A stretch of DNA of 64,000 nucleotides from Anthoceros angustus (taxonomy: Eukaryota > Plantae > Anthocerotophyta), in contig MU008168.1 in NCBI GenBank assembly GCA_010909165.1, positions 1,240,001-1,304,000 on the forward strand, given 5' to 3'. The notes beneath the pieces are model-generated. The model was not told the DNA's origin and did no database searches. It was given only the letters and a program-made list of their open reading frames with translations. The stretch's first letter is position 1. Every line of letters begins with the position of its first letter. Below, in pieces: positions 63,886-64,000 of the stretch. The position numbers and the translations under genes were made by a program.

Positions 63886-64000
63886 TTTCATTGTTTTTAT
63901 TGCTTCAATAATAACAACGATCCATCAAAATGCACCACGACTAAAGGCGCACAGGAGACGTGCACTACAAGGACTACTACCAAGACCTTTACAATTGCAC

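Noticed and set aside
63963-63975. CACTACAAG as a CACTA terminus
   Set aside because: The match is short, lacks the following A-run and subterminal repeats, and has no partner within the window.

Overview
Eukaryotic land-plant nuclear DNA, probably a non-seed plant (inferred from short introns, PLS-type PPR fragments and GC-rich F-box genes). It has three parts. (1) 1-9 kb: a locally duplicated block of intronless F-box/kelch-like genes (one ORF-intact, one pseudogene) with PPR pseudogene fragments. (2) ~9-49 kb: a nested transposon island. An outer TIR element (~12858-40652) carries a Sola1/DUF7869-like DDE transposase near its right end. On the opposite strand it carries a cargo gene joining a ParB-like domain to a prokaryotic-type beta-class N6-adenine/N4-cytosine DNA methyltransferase. 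That gene is split by an 18.6-kb CACTA/EnSpm element with CCCTA termini and a 2-bp TSD (15804-34378); removing it restores the reading frame. A 2-kb element with related TIRs, further CACTA transposase remnants and a Copia fragment follow. (3) 49-64 kb: a ~24-exon TAF2 gene bracketed by a ~215-bp inverted repeat, a Copia RT remnant, an intact F-box gene and a 21-bp tandem array. The transposon-borne ParB-methyltransferase is the most notable finding. All family assignments come from manual motif reading, not database searches.
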